From Escherichia coli (GTDB lineage: Bacteria; Pseudomonadota; Gammaproteobacteria; Enterobacterales; Enterobacteriaceae): 64,000 nucleotides of DNA. The position numbers and the translations under genes are program-made. The notes under the pieces are model-generated. The model was not told where the DNA came from. It did not search any database and saw nothing but the letters and a program-made list of their open reading frames with translations. Where the stretch lies: the NCBI RefSeq assembly GCF_041886205.1, contig NZ_CP169029.1. The stretch is one strand, 5' to 3'. This document shows positions 39,097-52,113 of the stretch, piece after piece (within the stretch, counting starts at the first letter, position 1; each line of letters opens with the position of its first letter).

Positions 39097-42000
39097 CTAA
39101 ACCTGACGCCTCTCAAGACTATTATAAATAGCCTCAATCTCACCCTTCAGGTTATCACCGCAATAAACCATTGAGGTATCGTATCGTTCATATCGCGCTT
39201 CCCGTGTCGCACTAAACCAGTTGAACGATCCCACGCACAGCAAACCATCATCACCAATAACAATTTTGCTATGAACACGGTTTACCAGCTTTGTAGCAAT
39301 ACCCAGCGCATTCAGTTTCTCCAGCGCCGCTTTAAAGTTTTGCTGCTTCTCTTTTCGCTTCTCAAAATCATTATGTTCAGTGTTGTAGCTTCTGTCAGTG
39401 ACTATCGTGACGTTAATTCCACGTGAACACGCCGCAATCATGGAATCAAGAAAACCTGTTTGCTCCAGCCTTTGCCAGGTCAGCCATGGAGAAACTATCG
39501 TGATGTGTTTACTGGTATTTTCAAATGTCTGATTCAGGAAATTATCATGTTGCTCCACACCATGAAGTGTGTAGATTTTGGTCCCGGAGGTTTTTAAATC
39601 CTTACGCTCTTTATAATCAAAAGAGAGCGCATTCTTCTCTGACTCAAAGAGGTATTTTGCCAGTAATCCCCGTGGAGATGAGGCTGGCTGGACCTCAAAC
39701 AGGTCCATATCGCCGAAGACCAGAAAACTGTCCTTCGCACGGGAGACTGCAACATTCAGCATGCTGTTATCGCTATCAATAAACCCGCCGTCTTCATGTT
39801 TTGAATAGACTGGCGAGAATATCACAATCGCTCTTTCCGCTCCCTGAAGAGAGTGCACGGTGCCCACTGTGAGCGACTTTTCATTCGAGCCTGTACTGAT
39901 ACCTTGTTTGCCCAGCGCCTGTTTGATAGTGGATACCTGAGCGCTAAAAGGCGTCACGATACCGACAACTTCATGAAGCGATTTACCGTAATGCGCTTCA
40001 ATATTTTGTTGGTTCTCTGCCAACCAGACCGCTATCGTTTCAGCCTCAAGCAAATTATATCGACTTCCACTACTTGCCAGCTCTCCTTTACCATCAATAT
40101 GGAGATACCCCATTGCGGGCATTAAATTGCTCTCTTCACGCCCTCTTTTAGGCAACAACTTACCGTGATAGCAGAGCGTATTACAGTATCCAATAATATT
40201 GTCGTAGCACCGGCGGTGTTCATATAGGGACATACCACGAGCCAGTTCGGGATCATATTGATAGCGCGAAGCAAACTGCGCTATTTTCATAACGCTGCCA
40301 GATGCGGCACTTTTACCAAGGTCTGCGATTGCCGTATATTTCTCGGTAATCTCTTCTTGCGTACTGCCAGACAGAATTTTTTCCGCCAGCATGTTACCGA
40401 CATCAATCGCAGGAGCAATACTCCATATTGGCGGGAGCTGCTCCGTATCGCCAATCACTAATGCCTTCTTAGCTAATGCAAACGAGGCAGCAGCCACTTC
40501 AGGAAGCACCTGCCCGGCTTCATCGACAATGAGTAAATCGGCAAAATCATACAAATAACTTTTCTCGAATTTACGCTGTCCTTTGTGCTCACTTATCTGC
40601 ATATTGCCGGGCAGCATATAGCATGTCATCACCACACATGGAGTGAGTTTCATTCGACGTTGCCAACGGGCAGTTACCCCTTTAGCGCCTTTTTTCTTCT
40701 TCTCTTCCTGCAGATCATCAATGCTGGCCATATCCATCAGCCAACGACCTTCCCAGTAGTGAGTCGTCAGTAAAAATGCAGGGAAGCGAATCTGCGTATC
40801 AGCCAGTTCATCGGCCTGTGAGAAGCTCAGTTCCTCGTCGCCCTCATACCCTAAATTAAGAGCCAGTCTCTGCCACTCCTGAACCGCCTGCTGTTCTTTA
40901 AGAATGATTTCATGGGCGGAATCAATCTGCTGCCGGTATGTTGTTTGCTCGCGCTCAGCGGAATTGAGCAGCCCATCAATATTACGTTCGATAGTTTCAG
41001 GATCAGACCACTGATTTCCTGCAATCAGCGCACCTAATTTATCTTCGAGAAACAGCTGTATTTGGTACTGTCGCTTACTGCGAACCACCGGGAGCCAGGA
41101 AAATAATGAATAGATCAGTGATTCACCGGCGCGATATTTTTTCCATTCCGTTTTAGCACTTTTCAGTAGAGTGATTTTTTGTTCTTGTCCGGAAAGTAAT
41201 TTATTTAAATTATCGAGATATTGCTCAATGTCGTTAGCAATAAGCTCACGCGCAGCCCGTACCTGGCTTAACGTTTGCCATGTTGCGTTCAGTCTTATCA
41301 GTTGCTCGGATTTTGCTGCCAACTGACCATGCAGGAGTTCAATGACCTTTTCAGGGGATGAACAATCTTTTTCAGGAAAGGCTGCCTTAGCCTTCTCCAG
41401 ATAAAACAGCAGTGCATCCTCTACATACTCTTTTGACTCAACCTGGTTGAAGAAATCTTCAGTTTGATATTTTTTGGCTGCCTCAGCTTTACGAGTGCTT
41501 GAGGGAAAATAAGCGCCGAAGCTTTTCAGCTCAGGTAACCATCGTCCGGCCATTGCACCAGTGCCCTGTGAAAAATCTTTCCCGAACGCTTCGATAATGT
41601 TCGTTACAGCCTGGTTGTTCGTTGAAGTCGCGATAATTACCGGAGGCTCAGATTTTTCGAGAGCCGCTCTGGCCCACTGCGTGGCGATGATAGAAAGCAC
41701 CAGCGTGGTTTTTCCGGTTCCCGGAGGTCCATTAACAGCAAGGATATCGCCATGTCTTGCATCCAGAAAATGGCTTAAGGCATCGCGCTGAGCCTTTGCC
41801 AGCGGAAACTTATCTCCGGAGTGTCCAAGCCTGTCGCTGAATTTTGCGCCTGGGGCCAGCAAAGACTCTGCAGCATGAACCTCTCGCGAGGCGAAGCGAT
41901 TGAAGAGCGGCACAACCTTCTTGCAAACAAGCAGGTGATCATAAAGAGAAAGGATATGGAAACAGGCACCGCCAGATTGCGCCGTTTTAACAATATAACC

Positions 42001-42612
42001 GTGCTCAGCGAGTTCATATTGCTCAGGATTTTTAATCCAGTCGCCGGCAACGTTCTTCAGCAGCCTCTCTGAATCATCCAGATATTGACGCCACTCCTGC
42101 TGCAAGGCTGCATATCGTGCTTCCCGTTCTTCATCCGTTTCGGCAGTCTTATCAATGCCGTCATCAAAGTTGATAGAGAACGAGGTATGGATTGTCTTGT
42201 ATTTGTCATACTGCCCAATCTCACCAATCGAAAATGCTCCTTTTGGCAAAGGTTCAAGCAGGTCTCTGGGAATGGAGGTCGCTGGCGTCGGATATAAAAA
42301 ACCCTCACGGCTTAGCAAGGCTGGCGTCACTATCGGGGTAACAATATCAGGCGCGCCTGCGGAACGGTCCTTACCATGCTGCAGTAACCGGAAATAAACT
42401 TTTGGGCGCAAGATGACATCGACCGTTTCGACATCGTCTTTTTCTCCCTTAAAAAATTTACTGACAATCGCTTCGTCAAGACGTCCCGCCGCTATCCCAT
42501 GCCAGTGAGTGAAATTTTTGGCGTCTTTCCGTTCAAAACTGCCCTTTCCTGACTCAGCATCCGCAAGCGAGTTGCGCCAGTATGAGGTAAACCCTAAAGC
42601 ATTTTCATCCAT
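39097..42612 (-). CDS. SF1 helicase fused to C-terminal PLD-family nuclease domain (Mokosh type II-like)
   Basis: 1171 aa; Walker [10 protein letters not shown], Walker B LIVDEAGQ, helicase motifs; C-terminal HxK-x4-D-x6-GSxN ([20 protein letters not shown]). Confidence 0.7.
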   Translation of the reverse strand: MDENALGFTSYWRNSLADAESGKGSFERKDAKNFTHWHGIAAGRLDEAIVSKFFKGEKDDVETVDVILRPKVYFRLLQHGKDRSAGAPDIVTPIVTPALLSREGFLYPTPATSIPRDLLEPLPKGAFSIGEIGQYDKYKTIHTSFSINFDDGIDKTAETDEEREARYAALQQEWRQYLDDSERLLKNVAGDWIKNPEQYELAEHGYIVKTAQSGGACFHILSLYDHLLVCKKVVPLFNRFASREVHAAESLLAPGAKFSDRLGHSGDKFPLAKAQRDALSHFLDARHGDILAVNGPPGTGKTTLVLSIIATQWARAALEKSEPPVIIATSTNNQAVTNIIEAFGKDFSQGTGAMAGRWLPELKSFGAYFPSSTRKAEAAKKYQTEDFFNQVESKEYVEDALLFYLEKAKAAFPEKDCSSPEKVIELLHGQLAAKSEQLIRLNATWQTLSQVRAARELIANDIEQYLDNLNKLLSGQEQKITLLKSAKTEWKKYRAGESLIYSLFSWLPVVRSKRQYQIQLFLEDKLGALIAGNQWSDPETIERNIDGLLNSAEREQTTYRQQIDSAHEIILKEQQAVQEWQRLALNLGYEGDEELSFSQADELADTQIRFPAFLLTTHYWEGRWLMDMASIDDLQEEKKKKGAKGVTARWQRRMKLTPCVVMTCYMLPGNMQISEHKGQRKFEKSYLYDFADLLIVDEAGQVLPEVAAASFALAKKALVIGDTEQLPPIWSIAPAIDVGNMLAEKILSGSTQEEITEKYTAIADLGKSAASGSVMKIAQFASRYQYDPELARGMSLYEHRRCYDNIIGYCNTLCYHGKLLPKRGREESNLMPAMGYLHIDGKGELASSGSRYNLLEAETIAVWLAENQQNIEAHYGKSLHEVVGIVTPFSAQVSTIKQALGKQGISTGSNEKSLTVGTVHSLQGAERAIVIFSPVYSKHEDGGFIDSDNSMLNVAVSRAKDSFLVFGDMDLFEVQPASSPRGLLAKYLFESEKNALSFDYKERKDLKTSGTKIYTLHGVEQHDNFLNQTFENTSKHITIVSPWLTWQRLEQTGFLDSMIAACSRGINVTIVTDRSYNTEHNDFEKRKEKQQNFKAALEKLNALGIATKLVNRVHSKIVIGDDGLLCVGSFNWFSATREARYERYDTSMVYCGDNLKGEIEAIYNSLERRQV

Positions 42613-42665
42613 TACCAGTCCTGTGACTCAATGAAATCCATTGATTTATCGAATATAAAACCACC

Positions 42666-42689
42666 ATATGGACAACTATTGTCCATATT
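42666..42689. promoter_or_regulatory. Palindrome ATATGGACAA-CTAT-TTGTCCATAT upstream of the helicase-PLD gene
   Basis: 10-bp perfect arms, 4-bp spacer, ~55-75 bp upstream of the start at 42612. Confidence 0.4.
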
Positions 42690-43063
42690 GAAAAAATTGG
42701 ATGCAATGTTTTGTTTATAATTCGATATCAAATGTACTGGTTGTACAAGGTTCAGAACACAAGCACATTCAACAGTACGTCAGGACTATTGATTTCATAA
42801 CAGTGAATACATTTTTTACCGTTTATAATGACTGCCTGTGTTGGACAAGGATACCAGAACAGCCGAAAACACCGGGGGTTATTACCTGCTCTCATGGAAA
42901 CCAGATATTCCTGGTGCTAATCACAGTCATAAATAGCCTGAAGAACATGACGAAGGGACTTTAATGGACGCCGGAGTAACTTGCCAGAACATCAATCTTC
43001 GTCATCATTTACAAAGAAAAATAATCAGTTAAAGCAGTCCGGGCTGATTGCCCGGACTGCTTA

Positions 43064-44326
43064 CTATTTTAATGGATTGTTAATTTTTGCATATTCAAAC
43101 GGACTGATACCCTTCTCCCGGTTCGCATCCAGAAAATCGGCCCACCATTGCAACATCAGTCGCCGTTCTTCCAGATGTTCTGCTTTATGGATATACGCAG
43201 CACGTACACCATTACGCTCCTGATGGCTCATCTGACGTTCCACAGCATCGCGGGACCACAAACCTGATTCAATCAATGCACTGCACGCCATCGCCCGGAA
43301 TCCATGGCCACAGACATCCTGGGTTGTGTCATACCCCATCACCCTCAGGGCTTTATTTACAGTATTTTCACTGATTGGTTTACGCGGGTCATGTGCTCCC
43401 GTAAAGATCAGACCATTTTCACCAGCCCATGTCTGTAGTTCTGCCAGTATGGCTACAGCCTGTTTGCTGAGTGGCACAAGATGTGGTGTTCGCATCTTGG
43501 AGCCCCGGTGTGAGAATTTTACGCCAGGCAGAGGTTCGCGTTCGGCTGGAATAGTCCACATGGCATTGTCAATATCAATTTCAGACCAGCGGGCGTATCT
43601 GAGTTCACTGGAACGAATAAAAACCAGTAAATTCAGCATAACTGCCAGTCGGGTGACAGGCTGGCCTTTATAACCGTCAATACGCGACAGAAGTTCAGGC
43701 AGGCGTGAAAGATCCAGTGCAGGGCGATGCTGGCGTTTTACCGTGGTCAATGCACCAGCCATATCCAGAGCCGGGTTATATCTGATGATGCCAGACTGTA
43801 CGGCATAACGCATTACAGCAGATATTCTTTGCTGCAGACGACTGGCGATTTCATAAATTTGTTTAGCTTCTGCAGCACGAACAGGGATAAGCAGGTCCGG
43901 GGTACTGAGTGTTGTGATATCCCGGTTGCCGATAAAGGGGAAAACGTGTGTCTCGAGGCTTTTGAGTACTTTATCGCTGTGTGATTGTGCCCATTGTTTA
44001 TTACTGGCATGCCAGCGTCGTGCAATATGTTCAAAAGAGAGTTGTAAATCAGGGACTACTTTTTTAGCTCTTTTCAGTTCGCAAGGGTCAATCCCCTCCG
44101 AAATCAGTTTTCGGGCCTCATCCCGTTTTGTACGAGCTTCGGAGAGAGAAACTTCTGGATACACACCAAGTGCCAGAGTCTTCTCCTTACCCAGAATACG
44201 ATAACGGAGACGCCAGTAACGGGAACCATTAGGATGAACCAGTAGGAACATGCCAGCCCCGTCAGTGAGTTTATAAGCCTTGTCAGTGGGCTTTGCAGCC
44301 CGGATTTTTGCGTCAGTCAGTGCCAT
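43064..44326 (-). CDS. int: Tyrosine recombinase, P4-type integrase
   Basis: Starts MALTDAKIRAAKPTDKAYKLTDGAGMFLLV...; C-terminal catalytic region; adjacent to tRNA-Phe 3' end. Confidence 0.9.
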   Translation of the reverse strand: MALTDAKIRAAKPTDKAYKLTDGAGMFLLVHPNGSRYWRLRYRILGKEKTLALGVYPEVSLSEARTKRDEARKLISEGIDPCELKRAKKVVPDLQLSFEHIARRWHASNKQWAQSHSDKVLKSLETHVFPFIGNRDITTLSTPDLLIPVRAAEAKQIYEIASRLQQRISAVMRYAVQSGIIRYNPALDMAGALTTVKRQHRPALDLSRLPELLSRIDGYKGQPVTRLAVMLNLLVFIRSSELRYARWSEIDIDNAMWTIPAEREPLPGVKFSHRGSKMRTPHLVPLSKQAVAILAELQTWAGENGLIFTGAHDPRKPISENTVNKALRVMGYDTTQDVCGHGFRAMACSALIESGLWSRDAVERQMSHQERNGVRAAYIHKAEHLEERRLMLQWWADFLDANREKGISPFEYAKINNPLK

Positions 44327-44493
44327 AGTATAGCCTTCTGAATGCGTTAAAGAGGGTACAAATTCTGTCGAACTGGGGTATGCCCGCAATTATACCCACA
44401 CAATGGGGTTGATGTGGGGGGAATCTGGTTGAGTTCGGTAGAATTGATTTGTAGGTAGAACGCTTAAATTGTGGCGTTCTGAAACGAAAAACG

Positions 44494-44518
44494 GACCTCC
44501 GTGGAGGTCCGTTGATAT
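44494..44518 (-). terminator. Hairpin + T-run immediately downstream of tRNA-Phe
   Basis: GGACCTCC-ACGG-GGAGGTCC stem followed by TTTTT on the minus strand. Confidence 0.55.
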
Positions 44519-44523
44519 GAATT

Positions 44524-44599
44524 TGGTGCCCGGACTCGGAATCGAACCAAGGACACGGGGATTTTCAATCCCCTGCTCTACCGACTGAGCTATCCGGGC
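44524..44599 (-). tRNA. pheV: tRNA-Phe (GAA)
   Basis: 76-nt match to the canonical E. coli tRNA-Phe including CCA end; location next to yqgA and speC. Confidence 0.95.
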
Positions 44600-44704
44600 A
44601 ACGGGGCGCATTAAACCTGATTCGCCTCGTCTCGTCAATCAAATTTCTTCAATTTACTGCAGACTGCACAATCTATCATCACTTTGCCGCTATTGCACGC
44701 ATTG

Positions 44705-45433
44705 TCAGGCAAACCAGGCGGTCCAGGCGGCGGAAATCGGCATTGCCAGAAGGAGTGCTGGAAGCATGTTGACCACCGGGAACATTTTAATGCCACAGAT
44801 GCGTAATCCGGTTGCCAGCAGCAATAAACCGCCTACGGCGCTGAAGTCTGCCATCATCGACGGTGTGGTCAGCGGTAATATCAGCGCGGCAGCCCACGCC
44901 AGCGTTAACTGGATGATCAGTAATGGTATACTAATTACCGACACCGCGATGCCCAACGAGCAGGCGAAGATCATTGCCGTAAAGAAATCAAGAAATGACT
45001 TGGCGATTAAAATACTCGGATCGCCGGTCATCCCTTCGTTCATCGCCCCGAAGATCCCGGTGCCGCTGGCGCAAAACAGGACAATAATCGCGACATAATT
45101 CTGAATAAAAGATTCATGCGCTGGCTTCTTACGTGAGTGACGAAACAGATTTTGTGCTTTGGTGACCGCGGTATTGACGCCTTTTTCCAGCAGACAAAAT
45201 TCGCCGATTAATGCTCCAAGTAAGGTTGCTAAAACCATCGCCGGAAGGTTGGCGCATTTCACCACCAGTAAAATACCAATCCCCAGCGATGCCAGACCAA
45301 AAATTGATGTCATGGAGACGCGGATACGTTCCGGTAAGCGTTGGCTAAGTAGTGCACCGAGCACGCCACCCAGTAATACTGCACTTGCGTTGATAAAAGG
45401 ACCGATGACCACAAAAGTTCCCGTTAGCTGCAT
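44705..45433 (-). CDS. yqgA: Inner-membrane protein YqgA (DUF554)
   Basis: Hydrophobic 242-aa ORF in the conserved position between pheV and speC. Confidence 0.85.
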   Translation of the reverse strand: MQLTGTFVVIGPFINASAVLLGGVLGALLSQRLPERIRVSMTSIFGLASLGIGILLVVKCANLPAMVLATLLGALIGEFCLLEKGVNTAVTKAQNLFRHSRKKPAHESFIQNYVAIIVLFCASGTGIFGAMNEGMTGDPSILIAKSFLDFFTAMIFACSLGIAVSVISIPLLIIQLTLAWAAALILPLTTPSMMADFSAVGGLLLLATGLRICGIKMFPVVNMLPALLLAMPISAAWTAWFA

Positions 45434-45810
45434 TGTCTGATTTTCTTATTATGACCGTTTGGTGCCGTCGATGGCTTGTTTGTTCGCAAAGTCCTGGCTT
45501 GCACGCTCTGATGAAAGGTGCCATGATTGCGCGAATTTTCTCCTCTCTGTACGGAGTTTGCCCGATGCATGCCACCTCCTTACATTCTCTCGCTTATCGC
45601 CGTTTCGCGCGAAACTCTTCTCTTTTTATGCTACTGCTCATGCGGTGAAGTTAACGCACGCTCACTGCAGGACAACAGTAAAATCAGAGCGTTTCTGCTT
45701 TTACTGATGTCTGGCGGTCGGAGCTGGTGACCAGTTTGACCCATATCTCATGGGGCAGGGTTTTCCACCTTGTCCGGTATTCTTACTTCCCCGAAACGGG
45801 TTTTGCGCTT

Positions 45811-47946
45811 ATGAAATCAATGAATATTGCCGCCAGTAGTGAACTGGTATCCCGACTTTCTTCACATCGCCGCGTGGTGGCGTTGGGAGATACTGATTTT
45901 ACGGACGTCGCGGCAGTCGTCATTACCGCTGCGGATAGTCGCAGTGGCATTCTTACGTTGCTTAAGCGCACCGGTTTTCATCTACCGGTGTTTTTGTATT
46001 CCGAACATGCTGTTGAATTACCTGCGGGCGTTACGGCGGTAATCAATGGCAACGAGCAGCAGTGGCTGGAGCTGGAATCCGCAGCCTGTCAGTATGAAGA
46101 GAATTTACTGCCACCGTTTTATGACACGCTGACGCAGTACGTTGAGATGGGCAACAGCACCTTTGCTTGCCCTGGACATCAACATGGTGCGTTTTTTAAA
46201 AAGCATCCTGCCGGACGCCATTTTTACGATTTCTTTGGTGAGAACGTCTTTCGCGCCGATATGTGTAACGCTGACGTAAAATTGGGCGATCTGCTTATTC
46301 ATGAAGGATCGGCGAAAGATGCGCAGAAATTCGCAGCCAAAGTCTTTCATGCCGATAAAACCTATTTTGTGCTGAACGGCACATCGGCAGCGAATAAAGT
46401 GGTGACGAATGCGCTGTTAACGCGTGGCGATCTGGTGCTCTTCGACCGTAACAACCATAAGTCGAATCATCACGGCGCGCTGATTCAGGCGGGGGCGACG
46501 CCGGTCTATCTGGAAGCTTCACGCAACCCGTTTGGTTTCATTGGCGGTATTGATGCGCACTGTTTTAATGAAGAGTATCTGCGCCAGCAAATTCGCGACG
46601 TTGCGCCAGAAAAAGCTGAGTTGCCGCGCCCGTTTCGCCTGGCGATTATTCAGCTGGGAACCTATGACGGCACTGTCTATAACGCCCGTCAGGTGATCGA
46701 TACCGTTGGGCATCTGTGTGATTACATTCTGTTTGATTCCGCGTGGGTCGGTTATGAACAATTTATCCCGATGATGGCGGATAGCTCGCCGCTGCTGTTA
46801 GAACTTAACGAAAACGATCCGGGGATCTTTGTGACTCAGTCGGTGCACAAACAGCAGGCGGGATTCTCACAGACGTCGCAGATCCATAAAAAAGATAACC
46901 ATATCCGCGGACAGGCGCGTTTTTGCCCGCATAAGCGGTTGAATAACGCCTTTATGCTCCATGCTTCTACCAGCCCTTTCTATCCGCTGTTTGCTGCACT
47001 GGATGTTAACGCTAAAATTCATGAAGGAGAGAGTGGGCGTCGGCTGTGGGCTGAGTGCGTTGAGTTGGGTATTGAGTCGCGCAAGGCTATTCTTGCGCGC
47101 TGTAAGCTGTTCCGCCCGTTTATCCCGCCCGTTGTTGATGGCAAATTGTGGCAGGATTATCCGACATCTGTGTTAGCCAGCGACCGCCGTTTTTTCAGTT
47201 TTGAGCCGGGGGCGAAGTGGCACGGCTTTGAAGGATATGCCGCGGATCAGTATTTTGTTGATCCGTGCAAGCTGTTACTCACTACACCAGGTATCAATGC
47301 CGAAACTGGCGAATATAGCGACTTTGGCGTTCCGGCGACGATTCTGGCGCACTATCTGCGTGAGAACGGCATTGTGCCGGAGAAGTGCGATCTCAACTCC
47401 ATTCTGTTCTTATTAACTCCGGCGGAAAGCCACGAGAAGCTGGCACAACTGGTAGCGATGTTGGCGCAGTTTGAACAGCATATTGAGGATGACTCGCCGC
47501 TGGCTGAGGTGTTGCCGAGCGTTTATAACAAGTATCCGGTGCGCTATCGCGACTACACCCTGCGCCAGTTGTGTCAGGAGATGCACGATCTGTATGTCAG
47601 TTTCGACGTCAAAGACCTACAAAAAGCGATGTTCCGCCAGCAGAGTTTCCCGTCAGTGGTGATGAACCCCCAGGATGCGCATAGCGCTTATATTCGCGGT
47701 GACGTGGAGTTGGTGCGGATTCGTGATGCCGAAGGGCGAATTGCGGCAGAAGGGGCGTTGCCTTATCCACCTGGCGTGCTTTGCGTGGTACCCGGGGAAG
47801 TCTGGGGTGGGGCGGTTCAACGTTATTTCCTTGCACTGGAAGAAGGGGTGAATTTGTTGCCGGGATTTTCGCCGGAGCTGCAAGGTGTTTATAGCGAAAC
47901 CGATGCGGATGGCGTGAAGCGGTTGTACGGTTATGTGTTGAAGTAA
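45811..47946 (+). CDS. speC: Ornithine decarboxylase, constitutive
   Basis: 711 aa from MKSMNIAASS...; PLP-dependent decarboxylase motifs. Confidence 0.95.
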   Translation: MKSMNIAASSELVSRLSSHRRVVALGDTDFTDVAAVVITAADSRSGILTLLKRTGFHLPVFLYSEHAVELPAGVTAVINGNEQQWLELESAACQYEENLLPPFYDTLTQYVEMGNSTFACPGHQHGAFFKKHPAGRHFYDFFGENVFRADMCNADVKLGDLLIHEGSAKDAQKFAAKVFHADKTYFVLNGTSAANKVVTNALLTRGDLVLFDRNNHKSNHHGALIQAGATPVYLEASRNPFGFIGGIDAHCFNEEYLRQQIRDVAPEKAELPRPFRLAIIQLGTYDGTVYNARQVIDTVGHLCDYILFDSAWVGYEQFIPMMADSSPLLLELNENDPGIFVTQSVHKQQAGFSQTSQIHKKDNHIRGQARFCPHKRLNNAFMLHASTSPFYPLFAALDVNAKIHEGESGRRLWAECVELGIESRKAILARCKLFRPFIPPVVDGKLWQDYPTSVLASDRRFFSFEPGAKWHGFEGYAADQYFVDPCKLLLTTPGINAETGEYSDFGVPATILAHYLRENGIVPEKCDLNSILFLLTPAESHEKLAQLVAMLAQFEQHIEDDSPLAEVLPSVYNKYPVRYRDYTLRQLCQEMHDLYVSFDVKDLQKAMFRQQSFPSVVMNPQDAHSAYIRGDVELVRIRDAEGRIAAEGALPYPPGVLCVVPGEVWGGAVQRYFLALEEGVNLLPGFSPELQGVYSETDADGVKRLYGYVLK

Positions 47947-47958
47947 GAATAAAAAAAA

Positions 47959-47985
47959 CGGGTCACCTTCTGGCGACCCGTTTTT
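47959..47985. terminator. Bidirectional rho-independent terminator between speC and nupG
   Basis: A-run, CGGGTCACC-TTCT-GGCGACCCG stem-loop, T-run. Confidence 0.6.
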
Positions 47986-47995
47986 CTTTGCGTAA

Positions 47996-49252
47996 TTAGT
48001 GGCTAACCGTCTGTGTGCCTGTCGGGACACGAACGTGTTTATATTTGAACATCGCCATGAACGCGAAGGCCAGAACCACGGAGTAACCAGCGAAAATCAA
48101 CCATACGGTCTGCCAGTCGGTAATGCCGTTTTGGGTGTACATCTCAACAACTTTACCGCTCACGATGCCGCCGAGGATACAGCCGAAGCCGTTAGTCATC
48201 ATCAGGAACATCCCTTGTGCACTGGCGCGAATTGCCGGGCTAACTTCTTTTTCGACAAACACCGAACCAGAGATGTTGAAGAAGTCGAATGCGCAACCGT
48301 AAACGATCATCGACAGTACCAGCAGTACAGTACCGAACGGAGTCGGGTCGCCGTAAGCAAACAGCGCAAAACGCAGGATCCACGCCACAATACTGATCAT
48401 CATTACGTTCTTAATACCGTAGCGGCTTAAGAAGAACGGGATGGTCAGAATGAACAGGGTTTCAGAGATCTGCGAAATCGACATGATGATTGACGCATGC
48501 TGCACAATAAAGCTGCTGGCAAACATCGGATCTTTGTCGAAGCTGTGCAGGAAGGTATTACCGAACATGTTGGTAATCTGCAGTTCCGCGCCCAGCAGCA
48601 TTGAGAAGATAAAGAAGATTGCCATACGCTTGTTTTTAAACAGCGCGAATGCATCGAGGCCCAGCAGGGTTGTCCAGCTCTGATTCGCTTGCTGTTTAGC
48701 AACCGGAATATGCGGCAGAGTCAGGGTAAACAGAACCAGAATGGCGGAAAGTGCTGCGCCAATATACAGCTGCATGTGGCTTAATTCGAAGCCAGACAGG
48801 CTCACCACCCACATTGCCATGATAAAGCCGATGGTGCCCCAGATACGGATTGGCGGGAAGTCAGTAACGATATCCATCCCGGCATTTTGCAGGCGATAGT
48901 AAGAGATGGTGTTGATTAACCCAAGCGTTGGCATATAAGCAAACGAGTTAATCAATATCACAAGGAACATCGCCTCCGGTGTCGTGACCTGTGCCGCCAT
49001 GAACAGCGTGATAGCGCCAATGGTGTGGCAAATGGCATATACCCATTTCGCACTTAACCATTTGTCGGCCACAATCCCCAGCAGCGCAGGCATAAAGACC
49101 GCTGCGATACCCAGTGAGCTATAAACTGCGCCAATAGAAGCACCGTCAAACTTCAGGGTAACAAACATATAGGAGCCGAGGGTCGTCAGCCAACTTCCCC
49201 ACAGACAGAACTGCAGAAAAGAGAGGATTTTCAGCTGCAGCTTAAGATTCAT
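47996..49252 (-). CDS. nupG: Nucleoside:H+ symporter NupG
   Basis: 418 aa from MNLKLQLKILSFLQF...; 12-TM transporter. Confidence 0.95.
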   Translation of the reverse strand: MNLKLQLKILSFLQFCLWGSWLTTLGSYMFVTLKFDGASIGAVYSSLGIAAVFMPALLGIVADKWLSAKWVYAICHTIGAITLFMAAQVTTPEAMFLVILINSFAYMPTLGLINTISYYRLQNAGMDIVTDFPPIRIWGTIGFIMAMWVVSLSGFELSHMQLYIGAALSAILVLFTLTLPHIPVAKQQANQSWTTLLGLDAFALFKNKRMAIFFIFSMLLGAELQITNMFGNTFLHSFDKDPMFASSFIVQHASIIMSISQISETLFILTIPFFLSRYGIKNVMMISIVAWILRFALFAYGDPTPFGTVLLVLSMIVYGCAFDFFNISGSVFVEKEVSPAIRASAQGMFLMMTNGFGCILGGIVSGKVVEMYTQNGITDWQTVWLIFAGYSVVLAFAFMAMFKYKHVRVPTGTQTVSH

Positions 49253-49453
49253 GTTAATTTCCTCACATCGTGATGCGGATGAGTGTTTGAAAAAGCACAT
49301 TTGACCGTGCGAGATGATGGGATTCTATCAACTTCGCGGACTGGTTTTTTGTTACCTGTGGCAAATAATTGCAAACATTCCCAATTTGCAAAACGAAATT
49401 GTGATGTGGATAACATTTTTGCCCCTGAGCATCGTCAGGGGCGGTTAATGGAA

Positions 49454-50560
<1,107 letters not shown>

Positions 50561-50597
50561 TTATGCAAGTTGCCGGAGGCGTGCTCCGGCACTGTTT

Positions 50598-50876
<279 letters not shown>

Positions 50877-50900
50877 TCATCCTCTTTATCGACTCACGCG

Positions 50901-51953
50901 CTAAACCGGCGCGCCAGTGCGTAACTGCTGTAACAAACGCTCCACGGGAGCCGCCAGGCCAACTGACGGCGGTTGCGCTAAGTTATACCAGAGCGCATTG
51001 CCTTCATCCATGCAGCCGGTGAATGACGACACGGGAAGCCACATAGGCACAATATCTAAGTGGAAATGGCTGAAGGTATGCCGAAACGCGGTCAGTTGCG
51101 TCAGGTTATCGGCAGCAATCTGCCGTTGCGCCAGCCACTGCCGCAAACTTTCTTCGTCGGCAAACTGCGGGAAACAGTATAAACCGCCCCACAATCCGCT
51201 CGGCGGACGCTGCGCCAGCAATACTTCATCTTCGTGCTGTAATAGCAAAAAGTAGCCGGTGCGCTCCGGCAGCGTCTGTTTCGGTTTTTTGCCCGGATAA
51301 AGCGCCCAGCTATTGTTGGCGGCGGCAATACATCCGTTTTGTAGCGGACAGAGCGAACATTTCGGTTTCGAGCGCGTACAAATCATCGCACCCAAATCCA
51401 TCATCGCCTGATTAAACCGTTCCACGCCAACCGCGGGCGTCACCTGCTCGCTCAAACTCCATAATTTATTCTCGACCTCTTTTTTCCCTGGCCAGCCGCT
51501 TACAGCATAGCAGCGCGCCAGCACCCGTTTGACGTTACCGTCGAGAATCGGAAAGTGCTTACCCAGAGAAAGCGAGAGAATCGCGCCTGCGGTGGAACGC
51601 CCGACGCCCGGCAGTGCTGCAACTTCCTCAAAGGTTTCCGGGAATTTACCGCCGTGTAAGGTCGCCACTTGTTGTGCCGCTTTATGCAGATTGCGCGCGC
51701 GGGCGTAATAGCCAAGCCCGGTCCACAAGTGGAGAACTTCGTCGAGCGGCGCATTGGCGAGATCGGTCACCGTCGGGAAGCGCGCCATAAAGCGTTCAAA
51801 ATAGGGGATAACGGTCGCAACCTGAGTTTGTTGCAACATCACTTCTGAGAGCCATACTTTGTAGGGCGTCTTGTCAATTTGCCAGGGCAGAGTTTTTCGC
51901 CCGTATTTATCGTACCAGTCCAGAACCTGGGCTGAAAATTGCGACGCTTGCAT
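50901..51953 (-). CDS. mutY: Adenine DNA glycosylase
   Basis: 350 aa from [20 protein letters not shown]; HhH-GPD and Fe-S cysteines. Confidence 0.95.
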   Translation of the reverse strand: MQASQFSAQVLDWYDKYGRKTLPWQIDKTPYKVWLSEVMLQQTQVATVIPYFERFMARFPTVTDLANAPLDEVLHLWTGLGYYARARNLHKAAQQVATLHGGKFPETFEEVAALPGVGRSTAGAILSLSLGKHFPILDGNVKRVLARCYAVSGWPGKKEVENKLWSLSEQVTPAVGVERFNQAMMDLGAMICTRSKPKCSLCPLQNGCIAAANNSWALYPGKKPKQTLPERTGYFLLLQHEDEVLLAQRPPSGLWGGLYCFPQFADEESLRQWLAQRQIAADNLTQLTAFRHTFSHFHLDIVPMWLPVSSFTGCMDEGNALWYNLAQPPSVGLAAPVERLLQQLRTGAPV

Positions 51954-52113
51954 GGTCACCGAATTCACTGTTGTTGGGGGCAAGATTGCAGCACAGCGAC
52001 GGCAGGGTGTAAACCGGAACTTTCCGCAGCCACGGCCTTATCATGCTTGCATCCGGCAACTAACTTTGGATAATGCCCGTTTTCAGAACACTTTCACAAG
52101 CGACTAAACCTTT

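Noticed and set aside
39097-44599. Whether the tRNA-proximal module is a P4-like satellite phage
   Set aside because: The integrase is P4-type, but no capsid-size, helper-exploitation or primase-type genes were recognised in the cargo; treated as an integrase-associated island rather than a satellite.
45727-45810. Upstream extension of the speC ORF (start at 45727)
   Set aside because: The conserved SpeC N-terminus begins at MKSMNIAAS (45811); the extension is unconserved leader sequence.
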